This document shows, piece after piece, positions 30,955-41,603 of a DNA stretch of 64,000 nt. The notes beneath the pieces were generated by a model. That model saw only the letters and a program-made list of their open reading frames with translations. It was not told the origin of the DNA and made no database searches. The first letter of the stretch is position 1, and each line of letters opens with the position of its first letter. The DNA is from an uncultured delta proteobacterium. Lineage in GTDB: Bacteria > Myxococcota > Kuafuiibacteriia > Kuafuiibacteriales > Kuafuiibacteriaceae. The stretch spans positions 2,752,001 through 2,816,000 of the forward strand of contig CAWDML010000001.1 of NCBI GenBank assembly GCA_963803435.1. The letters are read 5' to 3'. A program made the translations under genes and the position numbers.

Positions 30955-32678
30955 TCAGGTGGACAGCTTCATGTCCAGGTTCGACAGCACCAGGTTGCCG
31001 GTGGGATCGAGCGTCAACTTGGCTTGCACCTGGGCGCGGCCCGCCGGCAGCTCCAGCAGGTCGGGGATCGAGACGGGATCCGAGGCCGCCTCCAGTCGCA
31101 CGCGGCCTTCGAGGTACGGCCAGCGTTGATCCGCCGACAGCGCGACCGTGTCCAGGTTGACGGTCCCCTCGGCGCCGGCGCTGAAGCGGACCACCGAGCG
31201 GGGGCCGAGCGGCAGACTGCCGGAGTGGAGCCGGAGCTGGAGCGCGGCGCTGGCGATCATGCCGCGCAGGCCCTTCTTGTCGAAGGCCAGCTCGGTGAGC
31301 CGGAGAGTGCCGTGCGAGCCGGGCGCCAGCGTCGCGCCGAGAATCGCCGAGGGTGAAGTGCGAGCTGGCGACGTCCGCGGTGGCCTCGACTCCGCCGGAG
31401 AAGGCAATCTCGTCCGAGCTCCCCAGCAGGCGGCCGCTGCCGCGCGCGGTCAGCTGGCTCACTTCGAGCTGTCCCAGCCCCAGGTCGGCCACCATCTCGG
31501 GCACGGTCAGGCACGCGCCCTCGACCTCGACGTCGAACGAGAGCCGCTGTCCGGAGAAGGCCGCGTGGCCCGAGACCCGCGCCGGTGAGAGCGAGGCGAC
31601 CGCCGGCTTCCCGCCGATGGAGAACGAGAATCCTTCCGCCGGCCAGCTCGCTCGTCAGGTGCTCGGCGCTCAGCGACAGCTCCGGTTCGAATCCGCTGCG
31701 CACCACGATCTCGACCCCGCTGAGTACCGTCGGTCCGAACACCAGCTCGCCGTCCTCTCCCAGCGAGACTCGGGCGCGCTCGGCCCGCACCCAGGCGTCC
31801 GAGACCCCGAGGTACATCTCCTTGTTCCCGTCCTCCCCGAACAGGCGCCACTCGCCGTCCCCCGCCGCCGACACGCCCTCGAGCGAGAACCCGCGGCCCG
31901 CGATGTGCGAGCGCTCGAGGTGGGCATGACCGCGGATGATCAACGCCGTCCTGCTGTACTCGACGTCGATCTTGGTCTCCTTCCCCAGCATCACCAGGCC
32001 GACCTCGCCCAGGTCGAGCGGCTCGACACAGCGCGGCTGGACCGCCCGGGCCTCCACCGTCAGCCCCGACAGATCGATCGGCTCCGGCTTGTCGGCCTTC
32101 TCCTCGGCCGGCGGGGGCGCCTCCTCGGCGGGCGGCTTCTCGGGGAACAGGAGGTCGAGGACCTGGTCGAGCGTCGACGGGATCTGCGGCACCTGATCGG
32201 ACCACCGCGACAGGTTGATGTCGGGAAAGTTGGCGATGTCGGCGATGACCTCGCCGTAGTCGTTCAGGTAGAGCCCCTGAAAGCTCAGGCCCAGCGGCAT
32301 CCGGATCGGCGGCTCGATCGTCCCCCGGGTCTTCTTGCGGAGGACGCGCGCCGTGTCGACCTCGAGCTCGATCACCGCGGCGTGGCCGGCGGTCAGGTCG
32401 AGGGACACCGGACCGACCGAGAGCTTCTGCTTTGGGAGCGGGATCGCCACGCGCACCTTGCCGGAGTCGGCCTGCCGGATCAGCTCGCGCAGCGCCAGCT
32501 GCCGGACGGGCTCCATCTCCAGGCTGTCCGCGAGATCGGGCGCGGCAATCTTCGGCGCCACCAGGTCGCGGCTCCCCTCGCCGCTCGAGCCTCGACTCAC
32601 CAGCGGCTCCAGCGGCACCTCAATCAGGCCGGCGCGGAAGCTGAGCTCCGCGTTCCGTAGGATGGGGACCAGCGTCAT
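30955..32678 (-). CDS. Hypothetical beta-rich protein (~573 aa), split by two +1 frameshifts
   Basis: Three ORF-track pieces join into one frame if one base is removed at each GAATC (31341 and 31628). Confidence 0.7.
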
Positions 32679-33823
32679 GCGCGATCGAGGGCCGCGGTGA
32701 GGTCGGCACGGAGATCATCGATGTGCTCGATGCCGACCGAGAGGCGGATCAGGCCGTCGTCGATACCGCGAGCCTCTCTCATCTCCTTCGGCACCGACGC
32801 GTGCGTCATGATCGCCGGATGCTCGATCAGCGACTCCACGCCGCCCAGCGACTCGGCGAGCGTGAAGACCTCCATCCCCTGGAGCAGCCGCCTCGAGGCC
32901 TCGAGGCCGCCGGCGACCACGAACGTGATCATGCCGCCGGGCTTCTTCATCTGCCGCTGGGCCAGCTCGTACTGGGGATGATCGCGCAGGCCCGGGTAGA
33001 ACACCTTCTTCACCTTCGGGTGGCCCTGCAACAGCTCCGCGATCGCCATCGCGTTCTCGGTGTGGCGATCCATGCGCACGCACAGCGTCTTGATCCCGCG
33101 CAGCGTGAGGTACGAGTCCATCGGCCCGGGGACTCCGCCGGCCGAGTTCTGGACGAACTTGATCCGCTCGTACCATCCCTGGTCGGAGGTCGCGATGGCG
33201 CCGCCGATGACGTCCGAGTGACCGCCCAGATACTTGGTCACCGAGTGGACGACGATCGTCGCGCCCAGATCGAGCGGCCGCTGGAGATACGGCGTGGCGA
33301 AGGTATTGTCGACCACCACCGGGATGCCGCGCTTCTTGGCCATCGCCGAGACCTTCTCGATGTCGACGATCGCGAGCAGCGGGTTGGTCGGCGACTCCAA
33401 CCAGATGAGCCGGGTCTCGGGTCGGATCGCGGCCTCGTAGGCGCTGACGTCGGCGGCGGGCACGTAGCTGAACTCGAGGCCGTGGCGGCGATAAACCTTG
33501 TCGAAGAGCCGGAACGTCCCCCCGTACACGTCGTCGCACGAGACCACGTGCGCGCCGACGTCCAGGCAGTGAAGGATGCCGTCGGCGGCCGCGCAGCCCG
33601 AGGAGAAGCACGCCGCGAAACGCGCGCCCTCGAGCGCCGCGAGGTTCACCTCCAGCGCGTCGCGCGTCGGGTTGCGACCGCGCGCATAGACGTAGCCCGT
33701 GTGCTCGCCGGGGCCCTTCTGCGCGTAGGTCGACGTGAAGAAGACGGGTGGATTGACGGCCCCGGTGATCTTCTCGGGATCGCATCCGGCGTGGATGACC
33801 TGCGTTTCCTGCCTCTGCTTCAC
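32675..33823 (-). CDS. Cystathionine gamma-synthase/lyase (PLP)
   Basis: YARGRNPTR, DDVYGGT, ESPTNP, DNTFATP, HSVTKYLGGHSD, AESLGGVESL, IRLSVGIE. Confidence 0.95.
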   Translation of the reverse strand: MKQRQETQVIHAGCDPEKITGAVNPPVFFTSTYAQKGPGEHTGYVYARGRNPTRDALEVNLAALEGARFAACFSSGCAAADGILHCLDVGAHVVSCDDVYGGTFRLFDKVYRRHGLEFSYVPAADVSAYEAAIRPETRLIWLESPTNPLLAIVDIEKVSAMAKKRGIPVVVDNTFATPYLQRPLDLGATIVVHSVTKYLGGHSDVIGGAIATSDQGWYERIKFVQNSAGGVPGPMDSYLTLRGIKTLCVRMDRHTENAMAIAELLQGHPKVKKVFYPGLRDHPQYELAQRQMKKPGGMITFVVAGGLEASRRLLQGMEVFTLAESLGGVESLIEHPAIMTHASVPKEMREARGIDDGLIRLSVGIEHIDDLRADLTAALDRA

Positions 33824-33878
33824 CAGCGAGAAGGAGCCTCGCGTTGCATGCGCGGTCAAGGCCGAATACAACTCGGTC

Positions 33879-35109
33879 GTGCTGCCGTTCGCGCTCGCGA
33901 TCCTCTTCGCACAGACCGGCACCTTCACCCCGGCGGGCGGCGTCCGAGTGAGCTGCCTCGAGAACCTGCGGGGGAAGGTCGGGAGGGCGCGGGTCGAGGT
34001 CGTGGTCGGCGCGGGCGCGCTCGACGAGGGTGAGAACGAGCGCGGGGTGGCGCATTTGCTCGAGCACATGCTGCTGAGGCCGCTCGACTTCGACGACAGC
34101 AACGGAACCACCGCCTGGGACTACACGTCCTTCTATCGAGACGTGACCGGCGGCGAGCTCCAGGAGGCCACCTCGACCCTGCTCCGCGCCCTCCGCGTCG
34201 AGCACTTCGATCCGCAGGCGCTCGAGGTGGAGAAGCGGATCGTGCTTCGCGAGCTGGACGTCCGCGACGTCTCGGTGGCGCCCTCCGTCGAATCCGATCT
34301 TCGGCGACACGCTCCTGGCCCGCCTCCCTGGCGGCGACGCCAACTCGGTCCGCGCGCTCACCGCAGCCGACGCCGAGGGCTTCCACGCGCGCGCCTACCG
34401 CAAGGGCAACGTCGCGGTGGTGCTGCGCGGCGCCGTCGAGTGCGAGCCCCTGATCGCCGCGTTGATGCCGGAGCTCGACGCCTTCCCCTCAGGGCCCGCC
34501 GTCTCCACGCCGCACCTCTCGGAGCTGGAGCCGGGCCCGCGCGCACTCTCGGCGGGCGGCGGCACCTTCTTCCAGGGCTTCTATTGGTACGACGCCTCGC
34601 CGAAGGACGAGATCGTGTGGCGTCTCGTCGCACACCACCTCGAGGAGCGCGCGCTCGCGGTCCTGCGAAAGGAGCGCGGGCTCACCTACTCACCCACGGG
34701 CTCTTTCACGCGGCGCGGATATGGCGGCCAGATCCAGCTGTCGGTGCGAACCGACGGCTCGGTGAGCGAAGTGACCGATTGGTACCGGGCCGAGCTGACG
34801 TCGCTCCTCGCCGACCCGCACCCGAAGACCACCATGGCCGCCGCCGTCCGCGAGGTCCGCAAGTCGCTCGAGGCGGACAACGTTCGCGACGGGCTCGCCG
34901 CGCTGCGCAGCGAGACGGCGCCCGTCGAGCTGCTCGATGGGATCAACGACGTCGATCTGCAGGCCAGCCTGCAGAGTCTTCTGGTCGCGCGCAGGCAGTT
35001 CGGAACCACCACCCCCGAGTCGAACATCGCCAGCCTGATCGTGCTCGGCCTCTTCGGGGCGATCGTGCTCGCCGTCCTGGCCGTGGCGATCAAGAAACTG
35101 TTTGCCTGA
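33879..35109 (+). CDS. M16 (insulinase) family peptidase with C-terminal TM; +1 frameshift at 34290
   Basis: GVAHLLEHM, NGTT, LRKERGLTYS; the frames join at GAATC 34290. Confidence 0.8.
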
Positions 35110-35141
35110 CAAGGGGATCGTGGCTTGCACATCGCGTCTAC

Positions 35142-35648
35142 ATGGACGCTCCGCTTCGGCGCCGCCTCAAGGAAGGGATCAGCCTGGGGATCGTCGCGGG
35201 CATCGTTTTCGTGCTCGCCCAGATGATCATCACCTCGATGACCGGGGAGCTGGGGTTGATGCCGCTCCGGCTCTTCGCCAGCGTACTGATGGGTGAAGCC
35301 GCCCTCACCACCACGGCGCTGGGACCGACGGTGCTCGCGGGGATCGTGCTCCACTTCCTCTTCTCGATCATGCTGGGCGTGCTCTACGGGTGGCTCGACG
35401 AGCGCCTCCCGCTGGAGATCCGGATCAGTCGAAGCTGGCAATCTCTCCTCGGCGTGGTCTTCGGCTTCCTGCTCTGGTTCGTCGACTTCCAGCTGATCGC
35501 GCGGCTCGCCTTCCCCTGGTTCCTGCTGGCGCCTCAGGGGCTCGAGATGCTGATGCACGTGCTCTTCTTCGGTCTGCCCCTCGGGCTCATGTTCTCCAGC
35601 TACGCGCGGCGCGCGCTTCGGATGGATCGGTACGCCATGATCGCGTAG
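35142..35648 (+). CDS. Four-TM membrane protein
   Basis: Four hydrophobic helices with intramembrane His (LHFLFS, MHVLFFG). Confidence 0.75.
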   Translation: MDAPLRRRLKEGISLGIVAGIVFVLAQMIITSMTGELGLMPLRLFASVLMGEAALTTTALGPTVLAGIVLHFLFSIMLGVLYGWLDERLPLEIRISRSWQSLLGVVFGFLLWFVDFQLIARLAFPWFLLAPQGLEMLMHVLFFGLPLGLMFSSYARRALRMDRYAMIA

Positions 35649-35677
35649 CCTGGCTCTTCGAGACCGTCGGCGCCCGT

Positions 35678-35703
35678 TGAACGATCGGGCTCCCACGGGC
35701 GTT
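35678..35703 (+). promoter_or_regulatory. ECF-type promoter, probably autoregulatory
   Basis: TGAAC-N17-CGTT, 10 nt upstream of the ECF sigma ATG. Confidence 0.5.
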
Positions 35704-35713
35704 CCTGGTCCCG

Positions 35714-36266
35714 ATGCAGGAGCCGAGCGACGAGGCGCTGGTCCTCCGGCTGCGATCCGGGGATCTGACGGCGTTCGACGTGCTCTACACCCGCTATGCC
35801 GGTCGTCTTTTCTCCTACCTCCTCCACTTCACCGATGACCGGGCCCGCGCCGAGGACCTCCTCCAGGAGGTCTTCCTCACCGCCCTGAAGCGCGACGCGC
35901 TGGAGCTCCGGGCCCACCAGTTCGGGGGCTGGCTCTTCACGGTGGCCAAGAACCGCGCGCTCTCGGAGCGGCGGCGGGAGGTACGGCGCGAGAAGACGCC
36001 GGTCCTCGAATCCCGTCCCGCCGCCCGCCACCCCGGAGGCGGAGGCCGAGAAGCGGGAGTCGATCTCGCTGCTCACCGAGGCGATCGCCGCGCTCTCCGA
36101 GCCGCACCGCGACGCGCTGGTGCTCAAGGAGGTCGCCGGTCTGACGTACCGCCAGATCGCCTCGGTACAGAACGTCCCCGAGGGGACCGCCAAGTCGCGG
36201 CTTCATCACGCGATCCAATCCGTGCGCCGGTTCTTCGCCGAGCGCACGGGAGACCTGGAGGACTGA
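35714..36266 (+). CDS. ECF RNA polymerase sigma factor; +1 frameshift at 36008
   Basis: DEAL, AFDVLY, AEDLLQEVF, WLFTVAKN; after the shift LTYRQIA...PEGTAKSRLHHA. Confidence 0.9.
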
Positions 36267-36268
36267 AC

Positions 36269-36700
36269 ATGACGACGACGTGTGAACGATGTCGCGAGCG
36301 CCTGATCGATCATCACTACGGAGAGCTCGTCCTCGACGAGACCCGGGAGGTCGCCGCACACCTCTCCGACTGTTCCGGATGCGCGCTCGAGTACTGCCGT
36401 CTCTCCGCGGCGCTGGCAGGCTTTCGCGCGCTCGATCGGGACCTGCCGCGACCCGAGGTCCAACGCACGCTCCGCGAGAAGGTGGCCGCCGAGCTCCAGC
36501 CTACGTGGTGGCGCCGCGCCTCCCGACTGCTCTCGCTGCCCGTGCCGGTCTACCAGCCGGCGCTGGTACTGCTCCTGCTCCTCTTCATCTGGACGCTGAT
36601 GACGAGCCTGACGCCGAAGGCGGCCTCAGGCGAGCTCCGCACCGTCCTCGAACGATTCGACGGCGCGAGTGTCGACATGATCGACCAGCACGTCCTGTGA
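36269..36700 (+). CDS. zf-HC2 anti-sigma factor with TM helix
   Basis: HLSDCSGC motif and a hydrophobic helix, directly after the ECF gene. Confidence 0.85.
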   Translation: MTTTCERCRERLIDHHYGELVLDETREVAAHLSDCSGCALEYCRLSAALAGFRALDRDLPRPEVQRTLREKVAAELQPTWWRRASRLLSLPVPVYQPALVLLLLLFIWTLMTSLTPKAASGELRTVLERFDGASVDMIDQHVL

Positions 36701-36708
36701 GGTGACCG

Positions 36709-37866
36709 ATGATTCGCTCTGTTGTGCTGACCTTGACGATCCTGACCGCTGCCCCCGCGCACGCGGCCGAGAAGCCGGTCCCCAACGCCCGCGCCATCTT
36801 CGACCAGGTGAGCGCGCTGATCCGCGACAACTACGTCGACGAGGATGTGGGCGAGGATCAGCTCTGGACCTACGCGCTCGACGGCCTGGTCGATCACCTG
36901 TTGAAGACGGGCGACGAGCCGATCAACGATCTGCTCGATCCCGACGCGCTGGCCGCGCTCCAGGAGGGCGTGAAGGGCACGGTCACCGGCGTGGGCGTCG
37001 CCATCGAGGCCGTCGAGGACCTGAAGGTGGTCCGCGAGGTGCTCCCCGGCGGCCCGGCCGCCAAGACGCGGATCCAGCCCGGGGACCGCATCCTCGCCAT
37101 CGACGGCCAAGACGTCGCCGCGTTCCCGCTGGAGAGGGTGGTCCCGATGATCCGGGGCAAGGACGGCACCTCCGTCGAGCTCCTGATGCAGCGCGGGACC
37201 GAGGAGTGGACCGAGACCATCACGCGCGGACAGGTCCAGGTGGAGAGCGTGCAAGGCGTCCTGCACGAGGGCGTCGCCTACATCCGCATCGCCGGGTTCA
37301 GCCAGGACACGCCCAAGCGACTCGACGCGGTGCTCGCCGCCATGAAGAAGGGCAACGCCAAGGCGCTGGTCCTCGATCTCCGCGGCTCTCCCGGCGGCCT
37401 GTTCGACGCGGCGCTCGAGGTCGCGGATCGATTCCTCCCGAGCGGCGAGACAATCGTGTCCCTGAGGCGTCGCGACGGACGTGACGAGCTCCACCGGGCC
37501 AAGACCGCCTCGGCGATCCGCATGCCGATCGCGGTGCTCGTGGGTCACCACACCGCGTCGAGCGCCGAGATCCTGGCGGCCGCGCTCCGCGAGAACGGCC
37601 ACGCGACGCTGATCGGCGAGACCACGTTCGGCAAGGGGACCGTCGAGCGGATCTTCGAGCTCGATAACGGCTATGCGCTGCGGCTGACGATCGCCCGCTT
37701 CTACTCGCCGAACGGCAACAACTGGCAAGGGAAGGGCATCGAGCCCGACTTCGTGATCCCATCTCCCGAGAAGGAGAAGTGGCACGCCCATTCGACGCCG
37801 CTCCAGCTGGACTTCTCGGCCGATCCACAGCTCAAGGCCGCCTTCGCCCTCCTCCGGTTGAAGTAA
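36709..37866 (+). CDS. S41 carboxy-terminal processing protease (PDZ)
   Basis: Signal peptide; GVGV, LVLDLRGSPGG, TASSAEI, TFGKG, GKGIEPD. Confidence 0.92.
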   Translation: MIRSVVLTLTILTAAPAHAAEKPVPNARAIFDQVSALIRDNYVDEDVGEDQLWTYALDGLVDHLLKTGDEPINDLLDPDALAALQEGVKGTVTGVGVAIEAVEDLKVVREVLPGGPAAKTRIQPGDRILAIDGQDVAAFPLERVVPMIRGKDGTSVELLMQRGTEEWTETITRGQVQVESVQGVLHEGVAYIRIAGFSQDTPKRLDAVLAAMKKGNAKALVLDLRGSPGGLFDAALEVADRFLPSGETIVSLRRRDGRDELHRAKTASAIRMPIAVLVGHHTASSAEILAAALRENGHATLIGETTFGKGTVERIFELDNGYALRLTIARFYSPNGNNWQGKGIEPDFVIPSPEKEKWHAHSTPLQLDFSADPQLKAAFALLRLK

Positions 37867-37877
37867 GAGCTGGTCTC

Positions 37878-38223
37878 TCACTTCTGGAGATCGACGGTCG
37901 CCTGCTTGCCCTCGGCGCGGAGCATCGCCTCGAGCCGCTTCAGCATCTCCTCCGACGCGTCGACGAAGCGGAGCGCGGCTCCGATGGGGTTCACGACACG
38001 AACGACCTCGGAGCGGAGGGAGAGCGGCTCGGAGTGACGGTCGCGCGGCTGGATCTCGAGCTCCACCTCTTCGCCGACGGCGAGCCGCATCGAGGTGTTG
38101 ACGAAGATTCCGCCCAAGCTCATGTCGCGCACGTAGCCCTGGACAGGCTCGAGCATCATCATCGTCACCCGCAGGCTGACCTGCCGCCGTGGGTGGACCC
38201 TGCGAATCGGCCTCGTCGGCCAC
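37878..38223 (-). CDS. PilZ-domain protein; +1 frameshift at 38204
   Basis: Corrected start MADEADRRVHPRR (RxxxR) and DMSLGG (DxSxxG). Confidence 0.82.
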
Positions 38224-38244
38224 CCGCCTATTCTGACACAAGCC

Positions 38245-40680
38245 TCAGGCCAAGGTCGCGATCGTGACCCCGTCGCCCCCCTCACCGGGCTCTCCAGGCC
38301 GGATGGACTTGACGTAGCCCGAGCGCGCCAGATGTTCGCGAATACCGTCTCTGAGGGCTCCTGTGCCCATCCCGTGGATGATGAGGACGTGGGTGGTCGG
38401 GCGCCCGTAGTGGTGGTCGAGGAAGGCCTCCAGCCAATCGATGCACTCGTCGACCGTCTGCCCCCGGACGTCAATCTCCTCGGTGATCCGGGTCGGCGCC
38501 TGGGTCTGTGACTCCCGGACGGCCTTTCGGATCTCGCGGGGATCGGGGCGCGCCGTCTTCTTGGGTCGCTGCGACTTGGCCGGGAGCACATCCGTGCGCG
38601 CGACCCGCATCCGCATGTTGCCGACCACCACATGGACATCCTTGCCGTCGATCGCCACCACGTCGCCGTCCCGTCCCAGGCGGGCGAGATGAACCCAGTC
38701 TCCGACGGCGAGCTCCTCGACTGGCTTGTCGCTGGTCTTGAGCCGGGCCTCCTCGTTCTTGCTCTGCTCGGACTTCTCCAGCTCCGCCAGCCGCTCGGAG
38801 GACGCGTTGGCCGCGCGCATCATCTCCTTGGCCGCATCGCCCTGCTCGCGGATGCCGGCGATCAGCGCGCGCGCTTCCTCTCGTGCGCTCGCGATCTCGT
38901 GGAGGAGCTCCTCCCGCGCCTTGGTCTTGAGCTCCTTGAGCTCCAGGGCCAACTCCTCACGCTTGCGCGACAGCTCCAGGCGCTCGGACTCCGCCGTCCG
39001 CTCCGCACGCTCGGCCCGATCGCGCGCCTCTTCCAGCTCGGCGGCGCGGTGCTCCAGCTCCCGCATCACCTTCTCGAGCTCGCCGGCGCCCCGCCCCAGG
39101 ATCGCCCGCGCACGCTCGACGATGTCGGCGTCCAGCCCGAGCGACTGCGCGATGTCGAAGCCGCTCGATCCCTGCGGCACGTCGAGCGTCACCCGGTAGG
39201 TCGGCTTGAGCGCCTTCGTATCGAACCCGACGCCGGCGTTGCGAAAGCGATGATCGACGAACGGCACCGCCTTCAGCCGCTCGAAGTGCGTGGTCACGAC
39301 CGCGTGGCCCTTGGACTCGGCCACGCGCTCGAGGATCGCCTGGGCCAACGCCGCGCCCTGCGTGGGATCGGTATCGGCCGCGATCTCGTCGATCAGCACC
39401 AGCGTGCTGGCGTCGGCCTTCTTCAGGATCCGCACCATCGCCTTCACGTGCGCGGCGAACGTGGAGAGGTTGGAGGCGATCGACTGCTCGTCGCCGATCG
39501 CGACCTCGATCGCTCGATACCAGCCGATCCGCGAGTGTTCCGCGCAGGGCACATGGAGCCCGCAGCGCACCATCAGGGCGATCAGGCCGATCGTCTTCAT
39601 CGCGACCGTCTTGCCGCCGGTGTTGGGCCCGGTCAGCACCAGCACCTGGCGTCCTTCGCCGAGACCGAGATCGTTCGGCACCATCCGCACTTCGCGCTGC
39701 TTCTGCGTGGAGATCTTCTCGACGCCGTCCTCCTCGGTCACGAAGGCCTGGAGCAGCAGCAAAGGATGCCGCGCACGGATCAGCTCGAACCCCGGGACCT
39801 CGTCCGGCACCAGCGGCACCATCTCGAGGTCGACCGCGAGCCGAGCCGCACCGGAGAGGAAGTCGCAGCGACCGATGACGTCCATCATTCGGCGGATCAT
39901 GTCCGCCTCGCGCACTACCATCTGCGTGAGCACGGAGAGGATGCGATGCTCCTCCTCGAGCTGCGCGCTCTGCGCGATCTTCAGCCGGTTGCCGAGATCG
40001 ACGAGGGCCTGAGGCTCGATATAGACCGTCTGGCCGGAGCCCGAGGCGTCGTGCACGATCCCGTCGACCTCGTTCTTGAACGACGCCTTCACCGGGAGCA
40101 CATAGCGATCGGCCCGCACCGTGAAGTAGCTCTCCTGCAGGAGAGATTGCATCTTCTCGGAGTGGAGCAGCTCCGACAGCTTCTCGTGGATCTTCTCGCG
40201 CAGCGTCCGGACCCGCTGGCGCAGCGGCCCTAGATCCTGCGAAGCGTGGTCGGCCAGCGTCCCGTCCGGATCGAAGCACTGGAGCACCTCGTTCGCGACC
40301 CTGGACAGGTCGGTGAGACCAGCGGCCAGCCCGTAGAGTGCCGGCGCGTCGTGCTCGTGTGCGAGCAGGTGCTTGCGGAGCGCAGAGCCCGCGGTCATCG
40401 TCTGGGCGATGGCCCGGAGCGCCGGGCTCTCGAGCATGATGCCCTTCTCGCCGAGCTCCAGCGCCTTCTCGACGTCTTGTGCGCCCCAAACCGGCGGCGG
40501 CTCACCTTTTTCGAGTAGGATGCGAGCCTGACGGATGGCTTCGATGCGCTCCTTGGCAGTACCGATCTCGGGCAGCGGTCCGAGCGCGTCGACGACGAGG
40601 CCCCCGAGAGAGGTCCGAACGCGTACGCTCAGCGCTTTCTTGATGGCCGAAAGCTCGAGACGGTCGATGGCCTGCTCCAT
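38245..40680 (-). CDS. mutS2: Endonuclease MutS2
   Basis: GIVHDASGSGQTVYIEP, ARHPLL, TGPNTGGKT, IGDEQSI, Smr domain IIHGMGTGAL. Confidence 0.95.
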   Translation of the reverse strand: MEQAIDRLELSAIKKALSVRVRTSLGGLVVDALGPLPEIGTAKERIEAIRQARILLEKGEPPPVWGAQDVEKALELGEKGIMLESPALRAIAQTMTAGSALRKHLLAHEHDAPALYGLAAGLTDLSRVANEVLQCFDPDGTLADHASQDLGPLRQRVRTLREKIHEKLSELLHSEKMQSLLQESYFTVRADRYVLPVKASFKNEVDGIVHDASGSGQTVYIEPQALVDLGNRLKIAQSAQLEEEHRILSVLTQMVVREADMIRRMMDVIGRCDFLSGAARLAVDLEMVPLVPDEVPGFELIRARHPLLLLQAFVTEEDGVEKISTQKQREVRMVPNDLGLGEGRQVLVLTGPNTGGKTVAMKTIGLIALMVRCGLHVPCAEHSRIGWYRAIEVAIGDEQSIASNLSTFAAHVKAMVRILKKADASTLVLIDEIAADTDPTQGAALAQAILERVAESKGHAVVTTHFERLKAVPFVDHRFRNAGVGFDTKALKPTYRVTLDVPQGSSGFDIAQSLGLDADIVERARAILGRGAGELEKVMRELEHRAAELEEARDRAERAERTAESERLELSRKREELALELKELKTKAREELLHEIASAREEARALIAGIREQGDAAKEMMRAANASSERLAELEKSEQSKNEEARLKTSDKPVEELAVGDWVHLARLGRDGDVVAIDGKDVHVVVGNMRMRVARTDVLPAKSQRPKKTARPDPREIRKAVRESQTQAPTRITEEIDVRGQTVDECIDWLEAFLDHHYGRPTTHVLIIHGMGTGALRDGIREHLARSGYVKSIRPGEPGEGGDGVTIATLA

Positions 40681-41563
40681 CTCTCCTTCGTCTACTCCGA
40701 TCGCCCTCGTGCTCGCCACGGTGCTGTGGAGCTGCGCCGGCGAACCGCCCCGGGCACCGCCGCCCCCGCCGCCGCCGCCCGTCCAGATCCCGCCCCCGGA
40801 CTCGCCCGAGACGCCGAAGGCGCAGGTCGAGGACCCGTGCCTGGTATACCCGACGCGGTGGGCGAAGATCAGCGTGCAGGGCACGCGCAACGCAGCGGCC
40901 GCGCAGGCCGAGCTCGATCGGGGCCTGGAGCTGGCCAAGATGGGCGATCACGTGGGCGCGCTGGAGGCGTTCGACCGGGCGCTCGCGGCTGATCCGTACC
41001 ACGCGCTCACCCACCTCGCGACAGCCGAAAGCCACCTGTTCACCGACAACGACACGGCCGTCATGCGGAGCCACCTGGCGACGGCTGTGCTCCTGCTCCC
41101 CGAGAACCCACGCGCCCATTCGAAGCTCGCCGACTTCCTGGCCGAGATCGGCGAGTCGGAGACGGCGCTGACCCATTGGCGGTGCGCGCTCGCGCTCAAG
41201 CCCTCCTACTCCGAGGCGCGCCTGCACCTCGCTCGCCATCTCCTGGCGCTCCACCGTCCGGCCGAGGCCGAGGAGGAGCTCCGCACGATCGAAGCCGGCC
41301 TGACCGATGTCACCGTTCTGGCGCTGCTCGGCGACGCGCTTGCCGCGCAAGGCAAGTTGCTCGAGGGCGCGCAGGCCGTCGAGGAGGCTGCGAAGCGCGC
41401 CGGTGCCTCGGCGGCGTTGCTCCGGAAGGCCGGCGACATGTACGAAGCAGCCAACAGCCCGCTTTCGGCGAGGCGCGTGCGGGCGAAGGCCGACCGGATC
41501 GATCCGCCCCCCACGGAACGTAAGATGCGCCCCCTCAAACGGAGGGTGCGGCAGAAGAAATAG
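40667..41563 (+). CDS. TPR-repeat lipoprotein (start uncertain)
   Basis: Lipobox LWSC, poly-Pro linker, TPR-like helices. Confidence 0.75.
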   Translation: MACSISPSSTPIALVLATVLWSCAGEPPRAPPPPPPPPVQIPPPDSPETPKAQVEDPCLVYPTRWAKISVQGTRNAAAAQAELDRGLELAKMGDHVGALEAFDRALAADPYHALTHLATAESHLFTDNDTAVMRSHLATAVLLLPENPRAHSKLADFLAEIGESETALTHWRCALALKPSYSEARLHLARHLLALHRPAEAEEELRTIEAGLTDVTVLALLGDALAAQGKLLEGAQAVEEAAKRAGASAALLRKAGDMYEAANSPLSARRVRAKADRIDPPPTERKMRPLKRRVRQKK

Positions 41564-41603
41564 GCTTTGGACGGGATCTTCGGGACCTCGTACTATCCGA
41601 TCC

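Noticed and set aside
33735-35648. 637-aa M16 peptidase-membrane protein fusion in the ORF track
   Set aside because: Artefact of the 34290 frameshift; the two genes are separate (stop 35109, start 35142).
35714-36700. ECF sigma-anti-sigma fusion (328 aa)
   Set aside because: Artefact of the 36008 frameshift; sigma region 4 is in another frame and ends at 36266.
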